Below are positions 36,356 through 51,300 of a DNA stretch of 64,000 nt, in pieces. Under the pieces are notes generated by a model. The model saw nothing but the letters and a program-made list of their open reading frames with translations. It did no database searches and was not told the DNA's origin. The DNA comes from Raillietiella orientalis. Lineage: Eukaryota. The translations under genes and the position numbers were made by a program. The stretch is taken from NCBI GenBank assembly GCA_036172245.1, contig JAYWIR010000036.1, positions 1,736,001 through 1,800,000 of the forward strand. Direction: 5' to 3'. Every line of letters begins with the position of its first letter. Position 1 is the first letter of the stretch.

Positions 36356-39300
36356 TTAAGTATTCCACTTGGATGAGTTGATGAGATATTTGCAGCAGTG
36401 TGTTAAGAGTAGTTTTTCATTAGTTCTGTGATTCGAAAGATCCTCTCGTGTATAGATGTCCAAACCGTATTGACCTTCTTCCAGGAACACAACATGAATG
36501 GTCACCAGATCTCCATGGACTACATGGCTTACGTTGCGTGATAATTTCTTCTCGTCACAGCCGTTTTTGTGAAGTGTTGCCATGAATTCTGCAAGCATAC
36601 GGGACATGCGAAACTGTATCTCCACCTCTTTATAGGCAAAAATGAGTGCATCACTGTGAGTTATGGGGACAAGGCCGAACAGCCTCATCGCCTTCATCGG
36701 TCCCCATTCTCCACTAGCACAGTCAGGTAACGGAACCATCACGGTAGTCAACTCATGGCAAATTATTTTAAATTTGCACACACTTTTGAATTTCATCGGT
36801 TCTCCGGTGAGGTATTCTTTGGGAGTTATGGCATTCGCAAATATATCCAATAAAAAATATCCACTCTTGGGGGCATGGACACGGAATGCTACCAGATTGT
36901 CGGAGACGGACTGAAAAAAGGATGTACAGTTGAATAAATGAATGGCATGCACGGCATTTCAGTAATACAGTCGACCTTCCCCCAGTGGCATTGGAGAAGA
37001 AAAACTCATTTCGAACTTTTTCAAAAAAAAAACTTATGGTAACATGTCTGCTGATCACTTCGACATCCTTCGAAGTGATCAGCAGATATGTTATTTTAAG
37101 TTCCGACATAATTTTCTATTTCCATGCATGTATGTGAGTCCAGCGTTAAATCGATCCCCCAAATACATTCAGGCTAACCGACTCTGTCACCTTAAGACAT
37201 CCTGCTGGTGAGTTTCACCTCAAATTAGTCGAACGTAGGGTTCCTCACGAAACAGAATGATGATTGATTTTGGAGATGGAAAGTCAAGGGTTATCCTACA
37301 CAGTCGCAAAGAAACGAATGCTGACCGGTGTCAATGCAACGAAAAATTCGTTTTGAAGTCCGGAAGTTGGTAACCATCGATCTAGAGTAGCAGAAATGTT
37401 CTTGCGCCGAGAGCGTGCTTTGACCTGAGGGCAGCATGGACGCTTCACGGAAATCGAAAACTAAGCAATCAGATCTAAGTACAACGATCAGCTTTCAGTA
37501 GCTCAGCTTCGTTCGTAGTGTGATTCACATGCCTTGTGATACACTGCATTACGGATGCTATTCCTTTCGCATTCCTCGGAGATGCGAGAAGGGTTTCTGA
37601 AGGTGGGTTTTCTCTCTCCTACACTGCCAATCGATTCGAATGGAGGAGCAACCTGCATCTTGCAGAGCCCGCGCTGGGCATCCTACGGCGACGTGATTCG
37701 TCTGCAGCATCACTTCGTGTCGCATGCACTTGCCCGTGATAGCTTTCGAAACCATGCAAGGCAGTCGTATCGCGAGGAGTGAGGATTTCACAACAGCTTC
37801 AGTAGCCGTCCAAAGGCCTGCCAGCGTCCTGACACCGCACTGCCTTGTGAACGATTGTGATTTTCCTTTCTTTCTGCAGTGATAACGGCAATGGCGGTCC
37901 ATCTCATTTGCTACAAGCTGACCTTCAAACATCCACAACTTCTGCATCACAGCATATAGCGGCGTGGACAGGTTGAGGGTATGGTCGAATTGATACTTCA
38001 GTTACTGCTTTCGAATGGCAACTTTCAGAACGAATAAAAAACTACAGCAGGTTTACCTTTAATCAAAACGAGACGAATAGCTCTAACACTGGCATCGCTG
38101 AATACGCAAGCAAGTATTAGCAAACACTGCAAAAGGAAGTAGCCGGGAGTGGATCTCACTGCTTCATCATCAGCAAGAACAGCAAAAAAGGGAAAGCACG
38201 AGCGATGACGATGGGGTCGAGGAGCATTTATCCTCGACAACATATGCAGAGCATTTCTTGGAATGTTTCGGTTTTACCCACCGATAGGGATCGGACTTTA
38301 ATTTACGGTGAAAGAGAAAGTGAACTTTGGTTTCGTTCTTTCACGGCGTGCTAGTTCTATACAACTATGGGAACCACTGGTTCTTCGAATCACAAAGGGC
38401 ACTTGTTTCGTCTACCTGTACATTTCATGCAGCAGCAACTTGGATGCTGGCAGTCTTCGGAGGGGAGAAATCGGATCGCCGAATGTCCACGGCTTCATGA
38501 ACAAACCGATCCAGATGTCCTGTGTGCATAATTATGCGAGTCTGCCGTGGTAGGTAGGAGGTGTGAGAGCGAATGATTCGGGAATCAATGCCCTAACAGA
38601 GGGGTTACTGGAATTACGCATCCGTCGTCTCAAAGTACCTTTCTTTTCTGAGATACAGCTACAAGCGAAACGACCCACAAAAAAGTTCCACACCCATGCA
38701 GGGTAGTTTCGTTTTTCACAGATAAGGCCGAGTCCTCCTTTCGAAGATTTTCAAGAATTTCGGTTTTCAGTTCATTTCAGCTTGCTCCTTGGGAACGGTC
38801 GTTATTCCTTGGCAGTGCGCTTCCTCCCAAGAAATGATCTGCCCCTTTCGTTTTGCAGCTGCACTGCGGGAAGCAATTCTGATGGATATCAATTCACATC
38901 CGGTGTTGATCGCAAAACGGAGAGAACGTCCAATTTTTTGAACTATCCCGTCCATTCGATGCGAGACTAACATTTTCACAAGCATCCTTCCGCATCCGAA
39001 GAACTAACGAAATGGTTCCATGGAATGCCTTCAGCCTCAGCTTTTACGCTCCTTTCTGTTGTTAATCAGCAGTTCCACCAACGTTTCCTTGGTTCCTCCG
39101 TTCTGCACGAACCTTTTTAAGTCGAGAATCCCCGTTTCCACGAGAATAATGATTTCTCCGAATCAAGTAGTTCAGGCCACCACCGAACTGATGGAATGAT
39201 CCACGACCTATAGAGTCTTTCGGACTTTTGAGAGCTTGCTACCTTTTGTTTAAGTGCATGCACTCGCTCTGTAAACCTTGCTGATTTTCTTCCGATCTCC

Positions 39301-42300
39301 GAAGTCGAACCCAGTTGTGCGAATCAACATGAACAGGTTGAAATTTCCGTGCATCAGTCAAAAAAGCGGAAGATTCGTAAAGATCCGTAAAATAGAACCG
39401 TTTGCTGTTCATTTATGAAGAGCGCCTTTCTAGACGGCGAGTTCTCCGGCTCTCCAAGGTCCTTTCACTTTGGCACGGCAGTCTAACGGAGTCGGGGAAT
39501 CATTCTTTTATAGAATGGCGGGTGCTATTTCCCAGGCTCCGAGAGCAGCAAGACTTCCCTTCTTTTTTCCTCCAGAGAGGTTTCGAGGGTTTGGAATCTC
39601 AGGTAAATCTCCGACGTCCTTGGAATCTCCAGTGTTTCCTACGATTCCCAACGACATCCTTCCGAATGCGCTGCCTCTTTCACGGATGCATGCCACTTTC
39701 TTCCGACCTTGTTTCAAGAGCCGTATTCCTCGACACCGCAAACCTCGCGGGTTCGTTTTCTGTCTCGTGCCTCAACGGCTGGGTTCGTTCGGTAAACGTC
39801 CTCGCAGTTGCCTACATCGACAAGATGGCTCTTGTTGTCTCTTCAACCCATCCAGTCTGGAGAGCGGGGGGCACCGCAACAGGGTGCTAACCGCTGAAGT
39901 GCCTTACCGAGGTTCGCATCTCAAACGAGAAAAATGCGAAATGACGTCACTGACACCGGTCTACATTGGACTACCAAGAATCACACACTGATTTCTTTTC
40001 CCGTCTCTCAGTGAGAGATCACTATGACCGCCGACGGTGCCTTGCAGATGGTGCCTGAATCAGCGGAAAGATTTCCTATCTGCCTCGCGTGCCACTCTGC
40101 CGACGGGAACCTGCTTTTGTTAATCTGTGAGCCAGTTGCGTCTTTCCGCACAAACCCCTCTTGCACGATACGTGGGTGCCTTCCCATTCGCTCCAATCCT
40201 CCTAGGGATTCGCCTTCACCTAGCAACACTAGCGAGTCAGCATTCGAGCTCGACTGCCTGCCTCCAAACTGGACTCACTTCTTCCATCCGAGGAAACGGT
40301 CCGTTCATCCTGAATAAGCAGCAAACGTGTAACGGAATTCGCTTTTTCGGGTTCGTCACATGGGCGGGAACGCTGAATGGGGAGGAGGATGCTGACAGGG
40401 AAATCAGGCGTCATGTTTCCCCTGAGCCGCGAAGGAGACGAGCGATAAAACTTAAAAAAAGACCGATACTGCACAACCGAAATTCTCGAGGCAACAGTTT
40501 TTTGAAAGTCATTCTGTAAGTTCAGGAACAGGAGGACCCACCTGCATGACGTATCTCTTCATGTTGATCCCATCGTACTGCTCGCTGTCAGAGTCATACA
40601 TTTTCAGATTGTAGTGAAAGATCAAAGACAGCTGCATGTTGATCGGCATGCCGATTCGTATTGTCACGGCTCCTAGAAGCACAGTACATGTGGAAACGGC
40701 CAGATCCGTACAGAATTCTCCCAGAGAATGAACACAAATGTAATGAATCGGCAAACTGACACGAAGCATGTATTAAGTGGAGAGTTGAGGACAGGCGAAC
40801 GGCTTTCTATGGGAAAGACGTCTTGGCAAGACTGCCATTAAGCAATCAATCCCCTTCTTCGTCACACCCCCTTCGCATGCACAAGGGAATAGTACGTTTG
40901 AGCGTTTTGAGAATTTTCATCTCAGAAGAAGGAGCGAAATGCCTTATGATCGTAAGTTTACGGTGAGGAGAGGGAACAAAGATTGTGAGCAGAGAGGATT
41001 GACAAGGTATGAGAGAAGATCATTCCTCTCAAATACTCTAAGGCTCGCACGACGTGAAATCGGAAGACCTATTCAATTTCCTTTTGGTCGCATTTTGACG
41101 ATTCATTTCAAGGCTCGATCTGTATGAGGAAAGAGTTTTTCCAAAGTCTAGAAATCATGGCATCCACACCCTTCATTTCTAAAGATAGCGCGCGCACCCC
41201 AAGGAGGCATGAGCTACCTCCTATTGAGATACACATCTCGGCATATGCAACTGCCCTTCCGCCACTCACACACCCAGAGTGCACGGTCGCACATATCCCT
41301 CAAAATAGCTTTGGAGTTTCTGCGGTTCTTCAATGGGAGATAATCGAAGAACAGGGCACAACAAGAGTGCAACTTGCAAGAATCATGTGATTTGGACTCT
41401 CCGGACTCCACTGACTAATTTTTTAATAAGGCGGTAGAAAAAATTGGGACAATGGAATGCAGAACGAGGAGCTCATTTTGCGTGAGCAGAGCGCAGGTTT
41501 CGGAACTTTAGTTAACATCACCCAGATTTCTGTCGCATGCTAAAACATGTCCAAAGGAGTCCAGAAGAATCACCGTTTAGGAAGAGAACCATCAAATAGA
41601 ACCGTGGAAATGACTTTGCGACAGTCCCAGCTGAGAGCTAGCCGAAACACAAACAGTGCCCAAACAGTAGTTCTACTTGTCTGAAATGGACCAAGGCCGA
41701 AATCACGAGCGTGCGCTGTGCGTATCCATGGTTTCGGCTCAATAAAAGCGAATCATTCTGTAACTAACTACCTCGGGGGCTCTATTGACACCTGTTTCGG
41801 AATTCTTCGTCATTTGGGTGCCAATCGGGAGCACCGGTGCCTATCGAAATCCCGAAAGGGCTTCAAAATGAAACGCATGCTTATCATATACATTAACATA
41901 TAAATTAGTACATATTACTACGAGAACAATAATCTGTTTATTATAGATATTAATGTCATTAATAATGTTTATTACTTACATTTATATATAGACTAAAATA
42001 CAAATTTATTTTAACACATATTTTTAATGTAATTAAGAATATGTATCGATATGCATTGTCAATATACATAGTAAAGACTACAAAAACATACATGTTTATT
42101 ATATGTATTAATATCGAATTCTAAACATGTATATTTATGGAACTATCGACATTTCGAAAACAAAATTCGTCGTTTGCTGAGAAAGTGCCATTTACTGCGT
42201 GCTGGAAATGGCAGGAAAATAAATACCAAATTCCTTTTTTTGTTTTTTTCAATTCTTTGTTTTTTATTTTTTCCGCTATTTTCAATTGTTATCAGTACTC

Positions 42301-45300
42301 TTTATTTTTTTAAAATTCCACATCCATATATATATATACATACATATATGCACACTAATTTACATAATGAACATACGTATTTATTTTTTATAATCTTTGC
42401 AACATACATTTGTCTATGTATTGATCTACGCATAAATATATATGATCAACATATTATTGATTACATAAACATCAATAATAAACATTAACTTACATATTAA
42501 TTTATATATATAAAATACCTCTTACTATATATAATCATCAACGTATTTATTTTTATAATCTTTATAATAAGTATTATTCGATATACAAATGTTTATATCA
42601 ATATATAGCAACCTTATTATAAATTACATTAATATGATATTAAATATTAATAAACACGTATGTTAAAATAAATTTGTGTACCAATCAATATGCATAATAA
42701 GCATATGCATTTATTTTTTATCATTCTTATGATACATATTGATCTATACATTAATCTATGTAGAAATATGCATATCAACATACACGTAAGAAACACGTAT
42801 TTATTTTCAAGATCTTTCGGGATTTTGATCGTTGAGAATTTTGAACCAAACCTCGTAAGCACACTATACCATCCTTCGGGATTTCCCTGCATTGCGAGAC
42901 ACCCCTAAAGGTTCCCTAGGCTGCCTTGGCCTCAGATTCGGTCCATGATCTTTCCAGCTGCGAACTAGTCAGCAACGTGCTTAATGGTTTCACAGGAACT
43001 GGGGGGTTCGTGGCTGACTGCAGACTTAGGAAGCGGCGCATCGAAAGGGAAAAAGAGAAATGCAAACAGGAAGAAAGGGAGCAACAGCCCCCAGGAAACC
43101 GCGACGTGGAGTCGTGTGTACTTGTGCAAGATGTAAGTGCACGCGAGTCACATGCCTATCGGATCCGTACACGAATCTCTACTTAGTATGCGCACTGTGC
43201 TCCTCTGACTTGTCCCCTTCCCCAGCAAGCTAGAGAGGGTCGCTAGAAAAATCCCCCCCCCCTCCCTCTTAGCATGAATCACCTACTCTCCCCATCCTCC
43301 CGACGTTACCTTCCTCAATCCCACTACTAATCTGAATTTCCTTCATTACTTAACTCACTGCCTTCACCCTATTACGCGTTAGGGAACCAGACTCATCACT
43401 TGCTTTTCCCTCCTACCGACCTGTCATTGGTCCCCATGGCCAGCAGTCGGGAATCGTCCTCCCTTAGTTCCTCCGAAAGGGAGCTTCGAATACGGAGCGT
43501 ACCGTTGCTTCCTGATCGGAGGCTTTCCTGTGTGTTCCACACAAGCGCGCGATTCCGGACCCGTCGTGCAGGCGATGCTTACCACCTACCACGCCTGTTG
43601 AGTGCCACCGGGGCAGAAGAGGGATCCTTGCAACGGGATCGAACGGTCGCTTTCTCGTGGTTGCCGCAGTTGCTAACAGCAACGGCGGCAACTTGTCTGG
43701 AAGGCGAGGTGTTTCCAAAAGAGGTCAACCTGACCGCTTCTTTCATCTGACTGTACACATGGACAGGGAATGAGGTCCCTCGCTTCACTTGCACACAGAA
43801 TTTCGATGGTGGTGTACGGTACATCCGGCTCAAAGTGCCTCAGATACTAGCCTGTCTCATCTGTTTCCATGACCGCTCGGATGAAGTCGTCCGGAAAGTA
43901 CAGCCCGTACCGGAAAAACAGAGACCGCACGAAGGGAAGCTCTTCGAATTCCTCCATGGAAATCGGGGTCCTGAGCAGCTGCCATTCTTCTTGCAGGGGG
44001 AAGAACTCGTAGATGAACTCCTTGGGGTCGGTGAGGAAGTAATGGTCGTCGTATTCGTACCTAAATTGAGAATGAGTTGTGAGCTGCCATGCAGATACCA
44101 TCAACACGATTTTAGGAGGCTCCTCCGCACTCAGAGGGCCCGCGAATCGCGTAGGAAGGGAGACGGCTGCCCCACGGCCTCCGATCCGCGAGAAAGCGCG
44201 AACTTGGAAAATTCTCAACTCCGTTGCATCCGATCGCACTCGATCTCTAGGCGATGAAGCTGGGACGCCCTTGACCTATCATTTCCACGACTGTCTGTGT
44301 GTTTCCCCCGGTTGAAAAAAAAAAGCAGAAAAAAAAAAGAAAAGAAAAAAGACCTCTCCCTTCAAAGAGAAAAAGAAGAAAAGAAACGGGGGCAGACGGC
44401 GAGTTTTAATTAGGTAGAGGACGCATCAGAGATCCGGAGTGCGCGCCACTTTCCGCATTCCAACAACGGGATCTCAGCTACCAATTGCCAGAATAAGCGG
44501 TGCTCCCGGAAGCTGGTCAGGACGAAGCCTCGGGAAGTAGTTTGCCTCTGGCGACGGAGCTACGCGCTTCCCCAGAAGGATAGTCGCTCTGCTGGAAGTC
44601 GAGGATGGTGGTGGTGATAATGATATGGGGGGGGGGGGGAAGGAGGAAGGGAGTGGTTTGCGAGTTGAGGAGGAAGTTCCTGTCGTAGAACAAAACGCAC
44701 CCTTTCCAGACACTCGCTCTCTTTTTCAGGCTCTCGAAATCGAAGACAGGAGAAAGAACTTGAATCCTTCCAGGCGGGTGGCCTCCCGAAAGGATGCCAG
44801 ATGCTGCTCTCCCGCGCTGGCTAAAGACAGGAGGAGAAAGCCCAGTGTCGCTTCCTCGTGCGATCGCTTTTGTTCCCAGCTTGCTGTCCGTTGTCGACGA
44901 CGCGTTTTCCGATGCATCTCAAAGAGCCCTCGGGTACAACGCCTAGCGGTTCGTTGACAGCAAGAGAGTGCTGCAGGTGCAACAAGAGTTCTGGGATTTC
45001 GCCTTCGTCCAGCCACCAGCTGGAAATGTCACCAACAGAGGCATCGGTTCCTTCGCGACGGCTCCCCACTGCTACCCAGACTCGTGTCATCAACACGATG
45101 ATCGCTTCTCATTGAGGAAGAGCGGGCGACGGGCAGGCGCCCTGGGGTTGGCTCATCCGATTGCTCCTCCACCACCGTCTCGTTTAAGAGTCCGCTGATT
45201 CCCGCCGAAACCACAGAGCTTCATGCGGTTTCTTGAGCGGGTGCCTTCTGCCTGGACTGTGGTTTCAGCGCAGTGAAAACTTCTGAGACCTGAGGAGGAA

Positions 45301-48300
45301 CAGGAGGCTGCATAGTATGGGTTTGCAAATACGAAATTCTTGAACTCTGGTGATTCGCGGGCAGCAGGAAAGTCTCCTGATCACCGGCGTAAGACCCTAG
45401 GGAAATCATCTACTGGCTGCGCGTTTGAGATTCAGTGAAGCCAAATCACTCCCTTCCTACACTCTCCTACCCCTTTTCGAGTAATTAGGAAACTGCGAGC
45501 AAGGCGTTTTTTGTCAGTTCTTTCCTTGACTATACCGACGAACGGAAGGGAAGTTCCTGAAGAAATTCGATGAGGAAGGAAAAGAGAAGCTCGGGAAGAA
45601 AAGAATCTGAAGGTAGTGTGTGTCCACGTGAGGGAGGAGATGTTCGTTAAACCGCCCTAGAATTCTAGGTGCGTTTCCCTTTCTTCGAGTTTCTGCTTCC
45701 CCATTAGGGAGAGATGGAGGATTTCTTTTCCTGAAGGTATTCCTTCATCCTCTCCTTCCTTTCTAAAGCTCCTGGCAAGTTTCTTCGAGAGAGACGGAGG
45801 CGCCAATCGTTCCAGTGGAGACGGCAGGCGTTCGAGCTAGCGTGGTTCGAACGCTGCTACTCGACATCTTCACCAGTCCAAGGCTAACAGCCTGCTAAGG
45901 AAGCTTCTGAATGACTCGTCTTGTTCCCTCCCTCTCCCCGTGTCGTTAGAGATTTGAACGGAAACAAACACGTGATAAATCACACGAGCAAGAGCCGTCA
46001 AAGTGGGGCTCTAAAAAATCCCAGGGCTCATAAAAGTGGGTCTTCGGCTCGCCTCGTCAACTCATGCTTATTGTCAGGTAATTCCGTGGATTACAGCATG
46101 ACAAATTTCCCTACCTCTGAATCTAAACGCAGCCTCCTGGTCTCGTGCACCCGTTTCGTTTTCATTCTTGCAAGTGAGCAGCATGGCAGGCATCTGCGTG
46201 TGCTATCGGATGATGGAATGCGCTGTTTGCCCTCAGTTGGACAAGCACCGATAGGCGGCTAATCATCATCTCGACGGAGTATTCCAGGAATGCACCCTCA
46301 AACGCCCGCTACGCAGAGTACCGACACGGGTGGGATCCAGCGCGGCAGCGAAGATGAAGTTCCACTTCGACACCCCTCTCCCCTTCCCCTCCTCCCGGAT
46401 CTCCGCAACAATGCTCCGTGGAAAAATCACGTCCTTCCGCCGACTGTGCATTGTTGCTTTCTAAATGTAGCCCAAGCAGGCGTACTGGTGCTCCGCGCTG
46501 CCGACAATGCGCCTGTAGCCTACGCGCTTGAAGGGGGGGAGCGGACACTGGGAAGCAGAGGACTATTGGAAGCGTTCTAGGAGCCATCGGTCATCACGTC
46601 ATCGAAGGATCTTCCATGGAAAACTTTTGCTGCCTTTGGCGAACAGGTTATATACCATTATGCTCCATTTCTCACTTCGTTTGCACCGTTTTCCGTGCAC
46701 TTGAACGAAACCTTGAAAGTTGAACGAAACGATGTGCTACATGGAATGATCCCTTAACTAGCATCAGTAACTACTTTTTTTTTTTTTTTTTTTGGAAAGG
46801 TACCCCGTAAAAAACACTGAACAGTCATGCATAAACCTTGATGAATTACAGTTTTAGGCGCAAAACCAGAGAGATTTTTCTCTTTTCGCTTTTAGGAATG
46901 CCTGGCGTGCTATACTGTATTCATATTTATTCTCAAGAAAATACGGAACAAAGTTTCAATGCTGCAAAGGAGTTCCCCCAATCCATATTGGGCTAAAAGA
47001 GCAGGCACTTACGTGCGCGTGAGTCACAGGTGCGTGCATTCAAGATAGGAAAATTTCCATCGGCAATTCTTTCAAAGAATTTGCTGGTTTCTGTGGCCAT
47101 GATTGCGGCCGCCATCCCATTAAGCCCATCCACTTGCAGCTAGAGTGGACCAGCCTCTCCAGCACATCGCCACCATCCACTTTTAACAAGGAAACGCACA
47201 TTTTAGAAAGAAGCCAGGATCCTGTTCTCCTCAGCATTAGCGCTCAGCTGTCGGAGCGGCCCGTCGCAACGGTGAATCCAGACTCAGAATCTCTTCGGAC
47301 CAGTTGCCACCTACCACTGCAGCCTCTGCTTCGGGGCAGACAAATGGAAGACCGATCGGAAGATTTCTCCGTGTCACGTTGAGAAGACGCATCATCCCCT
47401 CTTGCTTATGCCGTGCCGTTCGAATCGCTCCACCGTTGCAACGCGCTGCGTGTGAAACGCGCCGGCCGTCTTGAATCCGCTTAAAACTTCCGATCTTTGA
47501 TCGGGAAATGTGCTCGCTGCATTTGTTTTTGGTTTGACGGCCACTTCCATACATTCCGCGTTCGTGGCCAACAGGTAAAACTCCCGCGAAAATTCCCCAC
47601 GAGTGGATCGACGTGCCAAGCCGACAGGCGAAAGGCGATGGCTGCTCTGCACGACCGATGACAAGCCACTGGTCGCTGTTAGTTATGCTCATACTTTACA
47701 TAAGTTCGAATCAGTATTCGTAAAATTCTAGTCATGGAATTCGAATACAACAACAACAACAACAACAAAAAAAAAAGAATGTCAGTGAGAAAAACAAAGG
47801 GGAACTATGGGAAAGTTTTTCGAGAATGCTTTTTTTTCCTGAATACAGGTCGTGGGTAACCTTGTGTGCTGCGCAATGACATATGGCTCGATCACCATTA
47901 TCATCGTAATCGAGCAACAAAAATAGCGTTTTGAGGCGATCACCATACACCCCACTGCGTGAATCATGCTGGACCGTGGCCATGTCGCATCCGTACGAGA
48001 GAATGGAGAAGAGACAAAATGCTCAACCCGTTACCAGGCGAGTGGGGTTTCCAGTTGACAAAACCAGGATTCTCAGGTGGAACGAAGAATTTTTTTTAGG
48101 AAGGAAACCCGCAGGCGCGACCGCCAGGATTGATGGGCGACCGCCTGCAGCTTGGTCTCATTTCTTTAACCTCATGAGCACACGAGGATACTCTGACAGC
48201 CGACGCCCAAAGCGCCACCCTATGCTGCATGTCGCTGAATCGCACGGGTAACGCCACTGGCGGCGCTTCCTGGAATGCAAGGGGAACGAGTGTCTTCGGG

Positions 48301-51300
48301 GAAGCCGTGTGCGCTGTTCGACAGCCAAGCGTTCCCTTTTCCGAACTGGGAAGCGATACCGCCGGGGAAACGGTTTCCGGGACAAGGAGCAACCGTCCCG
48401 CCAATCATCTGAGCAGACGGCAAGGTCAGACCCGCATCGCTTGTGCGTTTGTGTTTCCGCTGCTTCGGCTGCGCCGCTCTTCCCTCTCTCCTCCCCCCAG
48501 GAACGGCTAGCTCTGGTCCAGCCAAATGGAACCGCCACTGCCACCAAATGCTTGCGGACGTTTTTGAGTTCGCCATCGCGGATTGACACTTCACATGGAC
48601 GGAGGCGCGCAGAAGATGCGCAGGGGAAGAACAAAAAAGCGACCATCTCTGTGCCTCGAGAGTTTCGTAGCGCAGCAACACATCACTATCTGCTTGTATG
48701 TGTGTCCTTGCTTCTCTCTATATCTATCTATCTATATATATATACATATATATAATTAGTGATGCTCACTGCCTCTCTCTCTCTGCACATATGTATGCAT
48801 GCATGCATATATACGTACGTACATACACATGCATTACGTGAGTGCTTTTGAGCCAAGTGGATGGTTATGGTCGAGAAACTGTCTTCTCATCTCCTGCACC
48901 TAAGGTCTCGTCTTCGTGCTGGAGACGTGCTCGTGAGCAGAGAGATGGTAATTATCGCAACAGCTTCTCGACCATATAAGATCGAGAGAATTACTGGTGA
49001 GTAGCACGAAGATGTGCTTCTCCTCCCCTTCTCGCCATCCTTCCTCCTCACGACGGCTCGCGCTGTTGGCGTCGCTGCTCGACGTTGTCATTACTGAGGA
49101 TGCATGCGAGGAGTTCGCCACGCCGTCGGGAGCGCGTCGTTGCTAATCGGGCACCCTTCCCCTCCCCCCTCTCCTGCCCTTCCTCACGCCCCTCCCCCCG
49201 CGACGGAGTAATGGTGCAGCGACTCTGTAGAGGGAGCGATCGTCACGCTGATGTGTGAAGTAACGCACCACCCGCGCGGGCACGGTGGGGCGCGCTTCCT
49301 TCCCGCAAGGCTTGCGCGTGAACCTCGTTCATGCCTCTCGTCTCTCTCTCTGCGCGGTGGACGTCGCTTCGGTCATGTGCGAAATGGGGTACGGCGTCGC
49401 GAGTCTTCGGGTCGTAGCAGCCGCTTCTGAGGCTCGCAACCGCTGGAGAGATTGGAGAGCTCAAAGCGCTCGCTCGTTTTCGCTACTGGAAGGAAAGAAA
49501 GAAATGAGAAAGGAAGCAAAACGAAAAGACAAGGGAAAAGCCACTGTCTCGTCTTCGGCAGCTTCCTACACGAGATCTCGAAAAGCTATGCTCTCTAGCC
49601 AAGCAGCTCATCCAGAAAAGAAGGCATGACGCTTCTGCCCCCGCCTGGCTGGCACCCGGGCGGCGAAGCTTCTCGAGCTTCGGCGCGTGGTGCGTTCGTC
49701 TTATGCGCGCCCGAGGGTCCGTTGGTTTCGCGAAGCGGACGAATCTGTGAGCCTGCTCTGCAAAGCTAGCAGCATGTGCACGCTCCGCCGTTGGGTGAAG
49801 CATGCGCGAGAGGATTCAAACGCCCCTCGGAATCCAACCGGAAACCGCGGAGCCAAGTGCCAGCCGTCCTCACGGAGATCTCTCGAATTGTCGCCATCTC
49901 GGCCCTTGGCCGGCCTCATTCACCACCGGTCCCATTTCCGCCTTAGCGGTTTTTCGCGTTCGATCGTGCGCCTTCCACTGCGCGCGCTCGCGGTTGAGAG
50001 CAGACGTTCTCCCTCCCGTCATCGCGTCGCGGATGGTGCTCCTCCCAATAGCCAAGCATCATCATCAGCGTTTTTTTTTTGTGTTTGATTGAAAAAAAAA
50101 AAATTTGTTCTCATTCGTGAACCCATCTACCTGTACGCTTACGCAACGTGTATACACGTTTATACGCACATGTACGCACAAAACAATTTCATTCGCCGCC
50201 GTGCCCCCCGGCTAGGGCAATAAGAAAATGTCGCTATGACGAGAGAAAGCGGGAACCAGAGCCACCGGTGAAGCTTCGTCTCCATGTTTAACGCCGGAAT
50301 TCCCGCGTTCGCACAGGTCTAATTCCTCCTCGACGAGAACGCGAGACCATAGAAAATCGCTTACGGGAGGAGGGGAGTGCGTCCGAGGGCTGCTTTTGTC
50401 GCTGTGCCTAGCACTGTCTGCCTCCAATGGGGGTCTCTCCCCTTCCCGCCTCCCCTGAGTCAAGTGACCGACGAAGCTGCAGCTGCTGTGCTGCCCTTCT
50501 TTACAGGATGCAGCAGTAAATGTTTGGAATGCACAGTCGTGGAACGCCTGCCATGCAGGGCGCTGGAGAGTCCATCCTCCCGTGGGCGTCCATCTTCGCT
50601 TCGTGGCGTGAGCGCTTCCCTGGGGGGGTGGAGGGGGAGAGGAGAAGCCCTTTCTGGTTTGAGTTTTCCGTCGCGGCTGGATGTTGTTGCGCAACGCTTT
50701 CGCAATCGTCCTCTTGGCACGCGGGGGCGGTCGTCACGTGCTCCCCTGCTGCTCGCTGCGGTCCTTGGCTCAACAGAGCTCTTCACCGGCTCGCGCGGCC
50801 TCCGTCGAATTTGTGTTTTCTCTGAAGAAACAGAGAAGGCAGGGAGCACTCTCAGGGAAAACGGCAGCAGCGGAGAAGGCAACGGCGACCTGCAGAGACA
50901 GCCACGGGAACGACCCTTGTCGTGGTACGCCGCCGCAAGTGCACCGCGAACTGTGGTCTCTCTCTTCCCCTTTTTCCGAAAAGCTGGGACTCGGATGAGG
51001 CTCGCCACGACAGCATCTCTGCTCCATGAATGGCAAGCTGAAGTCGCGCCTCTGCCCCCTTAGAGGCAAACGCCGCCGCCCACTGTCTGGACCGTGCGCG
51101 CACTCCGATTCAGACGAAATTCCCGCAGGAAGGGGGGGGGGGATCTTTCTTAAGGGGAGAATCTCGTCTCGTCTCCGCGGGTTGCCGAGCAACCCGCCAA
51201 GGTTGCCGAGAAACGCCCACGCATCCGAGCGGAAAGCACCTGCAAGAAGCCACGCTCGACGGTGCGGTACGTCCACGGCAGTGCCCCGACGTCGTCCTCG

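Noticed and set aside
48700..48840. Palindromic TA/CATG/TACG run
   Set aside because: An ordinary alternating purine-pyrimidine microsatellite mixture.
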